From a virus (taxonomy: Duplodnaviria > Caudoviricetes), in IMG/VR virus record IMGVR_UViG_3300032038_000025, positions 53,929 through 117,928 of that record: 64,000 nucleotides of DNA; one strand, given 5' to 3'. A program made the position numbers and the translations under genes. Each line of letters opens with the position of its first letter. Within the stretch, counting starts at the first letter, position 1. The notes beneath the pieces were generated by a model. The model worked only from the letters and a program-made list of their open reading frames with translations. It ran no database searches and was not told the DNA's origin. This document shows, piece by piece, positions 1-10,849 of this stretch.

Positions 1-3000
1 GCAGATTCCATTTCTGCTTTTGCAGATTCTTTTCCTTCTTCAGCAGCCGCCCTTCTTTTCTTAAGAATTCCTTCTGTTAAATTATCATAATGTTTTCTTA
101 ACTAATCTGCGGCCTACCCCTATAAACCATACTGATCAATAAGATTTTCAATTTGAGATTTTAACTAATTTCTAGTAATTTCATGCTATTCATATTTCTT
201 TTGTAACTAGTCTAAAGATGAATATAATCCTCTTTGAGCCTAAATATTTTCTTGGATTGCATTTGCCTATTCAATATTTGCTTTAGCATTCTAAATGGCT
301 TGTCTTCTTGCTTGCTATTTTATTGTTATAAGAGTTGTTATAACTGTAGCAACTGCCATTACTGCTGCAACAGCCACACCAGCAGAAAGACCTCCCAAAC
401 CAAATAATCCTATAATGGCGGCTCTGGCTTGAGTAAAACCATAAATAAGCATTGGAATCATACTAGTAATATTTGTTGTTAATTGTAAAAATCTCTAACC
501 ATCTGTTAAATCTTTATTATTCCAAATATTACCAAGATTTTGAAATTGTTGGATAACCGAAGTTAATGTTGCAACGGAACCAGCTAATGCAGTCACATTT
601 TGAACAGTTGATTGTAAATCTACATCTTTTTTCTTTTGATTAAAACTTTTATTTAAAGCAGCTCTTTCTTCTTCTAATTTTTGCTTTTGTTGTCTATATT
701 CTTCTAATTTTCCTTCTTCTGCACTTTCTATTAATTCATCTATATGTTGAATTTGCGAATTTATAGTTTGCATTAAATTCTTATAAATATTATCTACAAC
801 ATCTGCGGCCTATTTATTAGTTCCTTTAAAAGTAGATGTATCAAAACTATTTAAATCATTTTGCATGTTTTGAAGAGATTTCTTTACATTATCAGATAAA
901 AAACTAAATGGACTATTAGCCTCATTTAATTTAAATCCATCAAAAACATCTTGCATAGAATCTTTTAAAGTATTAATTTGTTTTGCAAGCTGACCATTTT
1001 GATTAAAAGTATTGTTTTGATTTTGAGCATTTAATAAAGTAGATCCAGTAAAATCTTTATAAGCCTGTCTTAATTTATCTTGTTCTGTTTGGACTGGTTT
1101 AAATGCATCTTTAAGTTCTAATAATTTATTTTTAAATTTCTCAATACCATTTTGACCAGCTAGAGCCTCATTTAAGTCATTATACCCATCCATAAAAATA
1201 TCAACATTTTGACTTAAAGCCTTAAAACCCTATTCTAATAAATGATATTTTTCTCTAGCAACATCTAGCTCTCCAGCATTTTTACTTATATCTTGCAATT
1301 GCTTTTGCATGATATTAAAATCTCCTGAAGATAACTTTCCACTTTGAGCCATTTTTAAAAGATCATTCTATTGATTAATTATAAATTGAGTGGTATCATC
1401 TCCAACGCCTTTATCTTGTAAATTTTTAGCTTCTGCAATTGCATTTTTAATATATTGAGTTTGTTGTTTAACTTTCTCAAAATTATTAATAGTAGTAGTA
1501 ATACTGCCTGCTATTTGTTTACTAAAGACTAGCATAGCAACAGAACCAAGATCTCTTAATACTCCTATGCCGCCACCAATACTATCAACAAAATTAGCAC
1601 CAAAAGTCGCAAGCTATGATAATGCATCAATTATTTTATTAATACTATCTGTATCAGCTAAACTATCATATATATCTTCCATTGATGCCTTTAATGTTTG
1701 AAGATGTGCAGCTGTTGAATCCATATAAGTATCTTGTTGCTCTTGTAACGTACCTGCCGCACCTTGCGCAGTAGCTAATGCTTCATTATATTTTTCAAAA
1801 TTATCAAATAAAGCAATTAAATTAGAATATTGTCTTTGACCTGCCATAGTTTGTGCTAAAGAAATCTGTTGCTCACGAGTTAATGATTCCCATTTATTAC
1901 CAATTTCTTCCATTACCTCGCCCATATCACGAAGATTACCATTCATGTCAAGAACATTAAATCCTAATTCTGCCATTTTTCCAGAATAATTACCAAGAGT
2001 AACGCCATCTTCATCAATACCAGCTTTAATATCACTAATACGAGCATATACGGTTCTTAAAGCAGTACCAACACTTTCAGGCGCCTGCCTAGTAACAGAA
2101 ATAATTGTTGACAACTGTGCGGCTAACTGATCCTAACCTACACCCATCGCGGCGGCCGCACTTGCAACCTTACTCATACCAGTACTTAATTCCTAAAGGT
2201 TTGATGCCGTTGTTGCAGCAACCGCAGCCAGTCTATCAACATAAAGCTATGCTTCATCCGCGGTAACTTTATAACCATTCCATACAGCAGTTAACTATTC
2301 TGAAACAGCATCTGTTGATTGACCAGTAACGTTAGCAGCTTTAAGAGTAATTGCCGCTCTTGCCTATATCTATTTATCTGACAAACCCTGTTGTGCATAA
2401 ATTAATGCAGCATTGGTATAATCAGTTGTTGTTTTTCCTAATTCTTTTGCAGCATTATTAGCTTGTACTGCAAATTTAGCCATTTCATCACTAGATTTAC
2501 CAGTAACAATTCTAATATCATTTAATGATGTATCTAATGCTTTTACATATCCCCATGCCTGTTCAACAGATCGTGAAAAACCATTAACAACACTAGAAGC
2601 CACATTCCATTTAATTGTATTAGCAAGTGTTTTTGCCATTTTATCAAGTAAAGCATGGCTTTCTTTTAATTGAATATTAGTAGTTAAAAGTTGTGTAGTT
2701 AAATTTCTAAATGCGGCTTCTCCGGCAGCCCCCGCTCTAGTAAAAGTCTGATAAACTTGCTAAATTGGTAAACTCCCTAATTCTTTTTTAAAAATTTCAA
2801 GATTAACCGTTCCTAATTTAACATTAAAAGCCTTATCAAGTGCCTACTACACTTTCCTAGCTTCTTTTTCAATTTCCTTAAAATAGCCTCTTGCAGTTTG
2901 TATATCAGTATTATTAATCTTCATTACATCACTAACTTTCATTTTTTGTAAGTCTTGTAATGAAGATTTTAACTGATTTAAATTCTGGGTATTAACATCA

Positions 3001-3032
3001 AATCCAACTTGATATTTAATTTGATTTGCCAT
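1..3032 (-). CDS. Tail tape measure protein (TP901-like core); runs off the left edge; TAG read-through
   Basis: Five track ORFs (starts 3032, 2639, 2114, 1193, 773) share one frame and are separated only by TAG (about 24 TAG, no TAA/TGA in about 1010 codons). Typical TMP core: DTSLNDIRIVTGKSSDEMAKFA...TTTDYTNAALIYAQQGL and QTMAGQRQYSNLIALFDN. Confidence 0.9.
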
Positions 3033-3078
3033 ATCCTTTTATCTCCCTTATATATAATAACAAAAATCTATATATAAA

Positions 3079-3127
3079 AAAAGTATTATTTTATATAACC
3101 TATATAGCCATATAAAATAATACTTTT
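3079..3127 (-). terminator. Intrinsic terminator or long hairpin upstream of the TMP gene
   Basis: Perfect 18-bp inverted repeat AAAAGTATTATTTTATAT (3079-3096 / 3110-3127), followed by a U-run on the minus strand. Confidence 0.7.
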
Positions 3128-3142
3128 AACACTTATCATTAT

Positions 3143-3571
3143 TTATTCTTCTATTCCATCTGTGGCAAATTCATGTTGTTCTAGCAATTCCGCATATGTA
3201 TTTCTTATGTGTTCAATACTAGCTTGCGCACGTTCATTTTTAAATTTTGGATGTGTGCCACAAAATTCAAGATATTCAGTTATGTTTTCAAGTGTTTGAT
3301 TCCATGATTCCATACTATGAATGCGGTTATTAACTATATCATCACTAAATTGTAGAATAGAAGCTCGTTTAGCTTTAGCCTAATTAGTGTCAATTTTATT
3401 ATCAAGTTCACTAATTTCTAAATGAATTTCATCTATTGCCCCAAGTATTTCTCTCTTCTAATCTTCTTTCTTATCTTTTCTAGCAATAAGAAATTGAATA
3501 AAATTCCAAATACCTACTGAAGCAAACATGCTTATAATACATGTTATTATTGTCTGCCACATTGGGTTCAT
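3143..3571 (-). CDS. Lysis-module membrane protein (holin-like; N-terminal TM helix), 142 aa, 2 TAG
   Basis: MNPMWQTIITCIISMFASVGIWNFIQFLIARKDKKED*KRE...DTN*AKAKRASILQFSDD...HPKFKN; SD GAAAGGTG; ends TAA; absent from the ORF track. Confidence 0.75.
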
Positions 3572-3672
3572 TAGCAATATCACCTTTCCGGGCGGGAGCG
3601 CATTAGCAACAGCCGCCCTTTAATATAATAAATTTAAGATTCATCCCTTATCTCCTGTTGCAAATATTATTA

Positions 3673-5298
3673 TCAACATTTGCTTAACCTAATTTTAATC
3701 TCTGTAAATGGTTTACCAAACCAACCTGCGGTTTGATTTCCATCACCAGACTCCCAATTGGTGTCGTGAATTTCAGAATAGTATTTGTTATTATCATAGG
3801 GTTTTACAGAATATACTGCTTCATAGTAAACCCCACCAGTTTTTGTTGTATCTGTAGTATAATAGATTTGAATAGCATCTAAACTATTAACACCATTTCC
3901 TACCCACTGTCCATTAGAGTATTTTTTAGACCAACCTTTATTGAGGTAATGAACTCTATACTGAACAGAACCAGAAGAAACATTCATTTTAATTTTAAGA
4001 ATACTGTCATTTGCTACACCTGCGGCGGCGCCGTTCTTTGCAGCTTTAAGGGTGCCGTGATTTCTTGTCTGAAGGGTGTAAGAGATTGTAGGTGCGGCGG
4101 TCGCCATTGAAGCGCTCGTATTACCAGTGGTTGTAATAGTCGTCTAAGCGGTGGTTGCCGCAGCTCCATACTTCGGACGAGCATATCCTCGAATGTTGCC
4201 ATCGCCTATTGTATAATAGCATCTTCTTACAGCATTATTACTATTTCCTTCAATAGTAACAATTGTCTTACCATTCACGGTCTCGACAATACCAATGTGG
4301 TCTGCAAAACCATCATTGGGCTGAGTAGAATCGTCCCAGTTAAAGGTAATAATATCACCCGCTTTGGGAATAATGCTTCCATCTTCATACCAAATTCCTT
4401 TAGCTTTGAATAATTGTATATGCCTTTCAACGCCACATTCTGTTCCACCAATTAGATCAGTGGCACCAGCCTTGATAAACGCAGCAGAAAGAGTGGCATC
4501 ACACCATGCATCATACATGGAAAGAGCCACACCAAGAGCGAGAGGTTTATGATTGTTGTATGTATTAATAACATCTGCATGAGCATTGGCATTGTTAATC
4601 CATCCACGGTAAACATTCAGTACCTGTTCTGCGGTCACGCCAGTTTTAGCTTTTGCTTTTGTTGTAGTCTTTGACGAAGAAGATTTCTGCGCATACTTTT
4701 TCCAGTCGGCGGCAGTGCCATAAAAAATATTGAGATCCAGATTGGAATTATATCCATTTAATCTTCCTGCGCCAGTATACTGATAGATTGCAACCTTACC
4801 AAAAGTTCCCCAACCATTAGCGTCAGTCCAAGGATTAGATTGATATCCGTATACTAAATTATGATTTGCGTATTGCGCACACCAAAGTGGGTATCCCGCA
4901 GAACCAACCGACGCCGCAAGAGGAACAATACTTTTGCTTGTATAAAGGAAAGGCTTTACACCAGAAAGTTTATAAAACTCATCCATTAAATTTTTAAGAT
5001 AAGAAATATTGTTCCAAGCACTATTTTGATAAGACTACCAATCAATAGCCATAATAGCTTTTCCAATATAATTTTTTACTTTATTATAGAAAAACTTCGC
5101 CTATGCGGCAGCTCCACCGCCACCAACATAATGATAACACCCCGCAAGTTTACCTCTATTTAGCACAGTGTCGATCTTATAAAAATCAGGATTGATATAT
5201 GTTGTACCTTGCGTTGCCTTAACAATACAAAAATCATATGGTATCTTGGTTACATCTACTGAGTTATTTGAAGAAATATCAACTCCATTTAATGCCAT
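3673..5298 (-). CDS. Endolysin: GH25 muramidase + CHAP-like peptidase + C-terminal cell-wall-binding (ChW-like) region, 541 aa, 3 TAG
   Basis: Track ORFs 5101-5298, 4144-4986 and 3673-4107 are in one frame, joined at TAG 5101, 5035 and 4144. GH25 motifs GVDIS, IVKATQG, YHY, AIDW*S, YQYT and LDLN. CHAP-like WC...GDIITFNW...DHIGIVE...IEGN. Confidence 0.9.
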
Positions 5299-5312
5299 AT
5301 AAATACCTCCTT

Positions 5313-5344
5313 AAAAAAGAAAGGAGAGAAATAAATCTCTCCTT
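5313..5344 (-). terminator. Intrinsic terminator between holin and endolysin
   Basis: AAGGAGAGA-N6-TCTCTCCTT hairpin followed by TCTTTTTT on the minus strand. Confidence 0.65.
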
Positions 5345-5357
5345 AATTAATAGTTAC

Positions 5358-5627
5358 TTAATCTAATGTCTGTGTTTTCTTAATCAGCTGATTAATGCCA
5401 GTTGCGGCAAAGCCAGATACAATGCCGATCGCAAGCGCATTAATAATATCTGCCGCAGGAAAGTCTGGCATGACAAACATTCCAATCACACCAAGAATTG
5501 CTCCTGCAACTCCCATGATAGATGGGATGCGATCGTTGTTAATCTGTGTCCACTCCTTGACAATATAGCCAATAAGATAGCAGATAATTGTAATTCCTGC
5601 AACACTAACGATACCTAAAGATTCCAT
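5358..5627 (-). CDS. Holin, 89 aa, three hydrophobic segments
   Basis: MESLGIVSVAGITIICYLIG...IPSIMGVAGAILG...AIGIVSGFAATGINQLIK; next to the endolysin; start chosen from SD AAGGGGG. Confidence 0.85.
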   Translation of the reverse strand: MESLGIVSVAGITIICYLIGYIVKEWTQINNDRIPSIMGVAGAILGVIGMFVMPDFPAADIINALAIGIVSGFAATGINQLIKKTQTLD

Positions 5628-5640
5628 AATAATATCCCCC

Positions 5641-7980
5641 TTAACTAATATATTTATAATTAACTCCTGTTTCAAAAACAGAAGTCAAATCCGTTTGTTC
5701 AACCCAAGACCCATTGACTTTCTTATAAACCGTTCTACCTTCAACCCAAGATCCGTTCACTTTAATATAAATAGTTCCAGTATTCGTAGTACAGGTAAGC
5801 ACGATATTATGTGCGGCATTGATATTCGTTAACTTATAAATATAGTTAACGACTATCTTACCAGTCTTTGAATCTGTGGTTTGTTCTTTCTCAAACACAA
5901 TTGAGTTTCCATTATCCGCACCAGTGATTTCTGCGGTCGAGTCATCTGGCACTACAACGAGCGAATAATTCTGTCCCGCAAGCCTGACTACTTGACCATC
6001 TGGATACAATTTTGCACCAGTTCCAGAAGAGGTAATGAAGTAATAATCAACATCACCAAAGACAAATATCAGACTATGTTTAGCATTGACATTGCTCAGT
6101 GTGTAAGTATATTCCCCACCGCCGCCTGTCGCTTCAATTTCAACCTTGAACTGCAATGAGTCATTACCATTATCTGTGTATTGGTCTTTAAAAAACTTAA
6201 CATCAATATAATGACTTCCTGCGCTTACTGTATAAGTTAGTTCATGTTCAGCAGTTCCGTTAATAGAAGAGCAAGCCAATTCAACATCAGACGCATCATC
6301 AGCAGAAGAGGATGTGCTAAGAGCAGTGTCTAGCTTACCGAAGATACCATAGTCATATCCTGCCTCGGCATAGTTAATATACTTGAAGGTAATGATACAA
6401 TCTGATTCCAAATTTAATGTGACTCTGGCAACAGCCGCAGAATTTGAAACGCCTTGGTTGTTTGACTCATAATACCCATTGCTGTTTACTGCGAATCCAT
6501 AGTTTGAACTTCTATTTGCAACAGAGTATGTATTTTTGGGAATGCCACCCTGTAGCTGACTAGTTATGTCAACACCATTATCAAGAGCAAGCGTTAATTT
6601 TGTCTCAGTTGGGAAAATAGATATTGTCTGATTCGTTCCTTCTTGTACACGAGTTGTGCCGTTGGCGGGATCAGTTGTTGCATTGATACTTGATATGGTA
6701 ATCGGGTAGTAAGTATATTGCGGATCTTCGTCTGGTGGAATAAATGGGCCAGACTCACCGATTGTTATAACGTGGTCTGCCGCAATTCCTGTTAACTCAT
6801 ACTCGTAATAATACTGGTCGCCGCTAGTTGGAATTTCATAAACAACTGTCCATGTTGCACCGACAACCGCACCACCATAGTAACCAATAGTAAACCGCAG
6901 TTTTGCTTCTTGTAACTCGGCTCTTGTCCAAGTTCCTGCGGTCATAGTTATTGTGGAATTAGATGTCGTTGTAAATGATGACTCACTGCCTTTTGCGGTT
7001 GAACCAGAATAAAGTTGCAAATCCGCAACCTCGCTTGAATTTGACGTACTCTCACAGTGTCCTCTGACTTGTACAGTAACAGAAGTAATCGTTGCATTTT
7101 CTGGAATACCGCTGAAGTCAAAAGAGTAATCAATGTGTGCGGTTGAGCCTTGAGAAGAACAGTAGTCACTTGAAGTGCCACCGCTAGTCTCAACGCCAAC
7201 ACCAATAGCATTTCGGTAGTTTGTGCTACTAATATTTCCGCTTGTTGTGGCATTTTCTGGATTTGCTTCAATTGTGCCGCCAGTTACAACCTCTTTAAGA
7301 ATAAGGCCGCCAGTGACATCAGTGCCATTATCTAAAACTTGAATGCCATCAAGCGAGTCGGTGTTGACCTTTACAACAGCATCGCCGCCCTCCACAATTT
7401 CCTGCGTTGCGGGTTCGGCGGTTATTCCACTCACACTACTGGTCGCAGTGATTGTATAAGCCGTGCCTTGAATAGTGTAACCAACCGTGAGTGTTGCACC
7501 ATAAAATCTGCAAATATATGATGTCGAAGTTGTAGATGATGTACCTCTTGTGACGTACAGACGAATCTTTGCATTTCGCAACTCTGCTAAAGTCCAAGAG
7601 CCAACTGATAAGGTTACTGTACTTGCATAGTTTGAAATAGTTGTTGCAGACCCTTTTGTCGTTGTTCCAGTACACATCTGCATTTGACGAGTGCTGATAT
7701 ATCTTGAACTAGTTGTACTAACATAACCTTTTGCCTGACATGCAACAGAATTAATAGTCGCACCTTCTGGGATTTTACTGGTGTCGAAGTTGTAATAAAC
7801 ATAAGTAGCAGCACCAGACCCAGTTGTAAGTACGAACTGGGCATAGCTACTACTTGTTGCATCCGTGTAGCCATTGTCAATAGGATACGAGCTACTTACA
7901 GATGCATATCTTGAATTTGTTGTATCCAGTGAGGAAGGATGAAATGTTAAGCTATTACTTACGTCTACTTGTCTTGCCAT
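5641..7980 (-). CDS. Tail fibre/receptor-binding-type protein with duplicated beta-rich domains
   Basis: 779 aa, S/T-rich. Internal duplication FDTSKIPEGATINSV / FDFSGIPENATITSV. C-terminal KVNGSWVE repeats. Confidence 0.65.
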   Translation of the reverse strand: MARQVDVSNSLTFHPSSLDTTNSRYASVSSSYPIDNGYTDATSSSYAQFVLTTGSGAATYVYYNFDTSKIPEGATINSVACQAKGYVSTTSSRYISTRQMQMCTGTTTKGSATTISNYASTVTLSVGSWTLAELRNAKIRLYVTRGTSSTTSTSYICRFYGATLTVGYTIQGTAYTITATSSVSGITAEPATQEIVEGGDAVVKVNTDSLDGIQVLDNGTDVTGGLILKEVVTGGTIEANPENATTSGNISSTNYRNAIGVGVETSGGTSSDYCSSQGSTAHIDYSFDFSGIPENATITSVTVQVRGHCESTSNSSEVADLQLYSGSTAKGSESSFTTTSNSTITMTAGTWTRAELQEAKLRFTIGYYGGAVVGATWTVVYEIPTSGDQYYYEYELTGIAADHVITIGESGPFIPPDEDPQYTYYPITISSINATTDPANGTTRVQEGTNQTISIFPTETKLTLALDNGVDITSQLQGGIPKNTYSVANRSSNYGFAVNSNGYYESNNQGVSNSAAVARVTLNLESDCIITFKYINYAEAGYDYGIFGKLDTALSTSSSADDASDVELACSSINGTAEHELTYTVSAGSHYIDVKFFKDQYTDNGNDSLQFKVEIEATGGGGEYTYTLSNVNAKHSLIFVFGDVDYYFITSSGTGAKLYPDGQVVRLAGQNYSLVVVPDDSTAEITGADNGNSIVFEKEQTTDSKTGKIVVNYIYKLTNINAAHNIVLTCTTNTGTIYIKVNGSWVEGRTVYKKVNGSWVEQTDLTSVFETGVNYKYIS

Positions 7981-7993
7981 TTAATCACACCCC

Positions 7994-9925
7994 TTACTGT
8001 TTAATCCAGATGTCACCATCATTGCCGCCTGAAGGGGAAGCACTTGAAACCGTGACAGTGGAATATGTTAATGCCACATTCACACTGGCGAGATTGGTAA
8101 CATCTACTGTACCATTTGCGGTAATTGTCTGACTGCCGCTTACTAATTCACTTGCGGTCACCGTCACCGCAGTACCATATTTCGTTCCACCGCTGATATA
8201 ACCAGTGGTATTTGTCACGCTCGGTGTCACTGTGATTGAGTGATTGCTCACCGTTCCTTTGCTTGCGGACGGCGTTCCCGCTGAACCACTCGCAACAGAT
8301 TTTGTAGCTTGTGCAGAATAGTATCCTGCGGGTACAGTAACTGTTGCGCCACTTACCGTAAGATCATCGCCGTCTCTCTGGGTAATTCCAGAACCAACAT
8401 AGGTAGAACTAATTGCACCAACCTTCACGATGCCTGTCGTATAAACTCCTGCGGCAACCGCATTTTGTTCAGACTCGGTTGGAGTGACTGTTTTCGCCGC
8501 CTGTGTTGTAAGCTGAAGAGTTCCAGTTGTTGTTCCTGCGCTAACATATCCTGCCGCCTGTGTGTGACTTGCCGTCACAAGGCCAGTAGTAGAGTTGACA
8601 GAAGCAGTTGGATTAGCATGAGTTGCAGTTGCCACTGATTTAGTTTCCTGCTCCGCATAGTATCCAGATGGCACGGTGATAGTTGCGCCAGAGGCGGTGA
8701 GATCCGTCTCATCTCTCTGAGTGATATCAGAGCCTACATATGTCGATGAAATCGCTCCCACCTTCACTACACCAGTGGTATACATGCCAGAAGCAACTGC
8801 GGTCTGCTCACTCTCAGTCGGTGTGACAGTTTTTGCGGCTTGGGTTGTAAGCTGTTGAGTAGCTGAACCACTCACAGTAATCGTCCCCGCTGTTCCCGCA
8901 CTCACATATCCTGCGCTCACCGTTGGTGTGACGCTCTTTGTTGCCGAAGCTGTCGCAGTAATCTTACCATCTGAACCAACACTAATGGTTGGGTTTGCAG
9001 TAACTGTTGTTGCAGGAGTTGTTGCGCTACCAGAAGGCATTGCATTAATCTGAACACTAGAAAGACCATCATAACCAGAGTCGGCTGTGATGGTCTGACT
9101 TGATGTTGTTGGATTAATGTTGGTTTTTGCTTGGAGAGATGGAGCAGAAGAGGAGACATTAACATTAGCACTCGCATAATTCGTTACATCATGCGTTCCG
9201 TTCGATGTAATGTTGATTGTTCCTGTGGGGGTGATGCCACCACTTGTATCTCCATCATATGTTGTAATTACTTCACCAGTTTCATAATGTATTAATTTAA
9301 CTGTTGTGTTGGTCGCAAGATCTTTCATAAATCCGGCTGATGTCATATCTATATTAACAAAAGCTGTTATATGTAAACCATCTGTGCTACCAACGCTATT
9401 AACTGTAATTCCCGGAGGTACTGGACAATCATTTCTATAGTAACCGGCACCACTCCAATATGGCCCACCAAATCTACCAAGAACTAATTCTGTTAAGTTA
9501 GTATTATTAAAAACATAATGTTGCGCTTCAAAATAATCAACGGAAGACCCTTGATAATACACAGAAGTTGGCGCTAAAATTAATCGTTTTAAATTTGGGT
9601 ATTTTTCAATAGAAAATTGATTATTACTGCCGCTAGAATAAAAGGTCTGGCCAGCACCAGTTTTTATAACTTTTCCAGTTAATGTTAAATTAACTAAATG
9701 TTCCATATTGCCATATGTATTAAGCGCATCATAAGAATACTTACCACCCATATCAATAATCATGGTTTCAGTATACTTCTTACCAGTGCTAGATGTATAT
9801 ACGGTCTCGCCACTAATAGTATCTTCTTCTCGTCTATATGTTAACACATTTCCGCCATTGTCGGTGGCCTTGAAGCCTGCGACATTTGTAAATTCTCTTC
9901 CGAATATTTGTAATGTATCGCTCAT
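7994..9925 (-). CDS. Tail fibre-type protein with T/S/A-rich internal repeats
   Basis: 643 aa. Two copies of LTTQAAKTVTPTESEQ..YTTG.VKVGAISSTYVGS.ITQRD..DLT.SGAT.TVP.GYY. C-terminal PSGGNDGDIWI. Confidence 0.6.
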   Translation of the reverse strand: MSDTLQIFGREFTNVAGFKATDNGGNVLTYRREEDTISGETVYTSSTGKKYTETMIIDMGGKYSYDALNTYGNMEHLVNLTLTGKVIKTGAGQTFYSSGSNNQFSIEKYPNLKRLILAPTSVYYQGSSVDYFEAQHYVFNNTNLTELVLGRFGGPYWSGAGYYRNDCPVPPGITVNSVGSTDGLHITAFVNIDMTSAGFMKDLATNTTVKLIHYETGEVITTYDGDTSGGITPTGTINITSNGTHDVTNYASANVNVSSSAPSLQAKTNINPTTSSQTITADSGYDGLSSVQINAMPSGSATTPATTVTANPTISVGSDGKITATASATKSVTPTVSAGYVSAGTAGTITVSGSATQQLTTQAAKTVTPTESEQTAVASGMYTTGVVKVGAISSTYVGSDITQRDETDLTASGATITVPSGYYAEQETKSVATATHANPTASVNSTTGLVTASHTQAAGYVSAGTTTGTLQLTTQAAKTVTPTESEQNAVAAGVYTTGIVKVGAISSTYVGSGITQRDGDDLTVSGATVTVPAGYYSAQATKSVASGSAGTPSASKGTVSNHSITVTPSVTNTTGYISGGTKYGTAVTVTASELVSGSQTITANGTVDVTNLASVNVALTYSTVTVSSASPSGGNDGDIWIKQ

Positions 9926-9940
9926 CAGTTAGCCACCTCC

Positions 9941-10834
9941 TTAATTATTTATTGCCGTTCCATCGGCGTATTGTGTCTCGTATATTGATCCTTCGATGGG
10001 AAGGATTTGATTATTTGAATTTTGTGTTAAAAATGTAGACCAATTATTAGCGGACTGATAAGAAGATATGAGCGCAGATGGGACATAAAGTGTACCGCCA
10101 GAACCACCAGAGGCAAATTGCCCACAACTTGTCCAGCCATTCATTCCATCTAGTGTTGAAACTCCAGATGTTCTTCGTATTATTATTGTATGAATAGGAA
10201 AGGTATTATTCATTCCATTAAAAACCCAACCAGAAAATCTAGAACAATTATTTCCCAAATCAATAATCTCTCCTCTAAATGTAGAAAAGATATTTGTTCC
10301 TGCTAATGTAAGTGCAGGAAGAACAACTGCTTTTACAGCAGTATTATAAAAAACTTGTTGTCCAGTAGCTGTTACCTTTGGAAAAATGCAACTTGCTAAT
10401 TTTGGACAATCAGCAAAAGTTCTCATGTTTAGATAGGTAAGTTCAGGAAAAGAAACATTAACCAAATTACTACATTTACTAAATGCGTATTCTCCGCATG
10501 TCGTTACATTTGGGGCAGATATAGATGTTATATTTGCATCATTATAAAATCTATAGTCTTTAATATATGTTACATTCGTTCTTATATCTCCAACGGGTTC
10601 TACGCCAGAAATATAATCATCAAGTGAGTACATTAACTTTCCACTGCCCATTCCATCCTTATCCAACACCAAATACCCATCCGCATCCTGCGTCACTTTG
10701 CCAGTAAATATTCCATCCACCGCCGCCTTCATCTGAGCAATCGTCATAGGAAGGTTTGCGCCAGACTTCTCAGATATACTAACTGCAAGACCATCAAGTT
10801 TTGTTTTTGTTACAATTAATTTTTCGTCTGCCAT
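9941..10834 (-). CDS. BspA-type leucine-rich-repeat (LRR_5) tail-associated protein
   Basis: GEYAFSKCSNLVNVSFP, TFADCPKLASCIFP, LYVPSALISSYQSANNWS. Confidence 0.7.
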   Translation of the reverse strand: MADEKLIVTKTKLDGLAVSISEKSGANLPMTIAQMKAAVDGIFTGKVTQDADGYLVLDKDGMGSGKLMYSLDDYISGVEPVGDIRTNVTYIKDYRFYNDANITSISAPNVTTCGEYAFSKCSNLVNVSFPELTYLNMRTFADCPKLASCIFPKVTATGQQVFYNTAVKAVVLPALTLAGTNIFSTFRGEIIDLGNNCSRFSGWVFNGMNNTFPIHTIIIRRTSGVSTLDGMNGWTSCGQFASGGSGGTLYVPSALISSYQSANNWSTFLTQNSNNQILPIEGSIYETQYADGTAINN

Positions 10835-10849
10835 AAGACCCTCCTTTCA

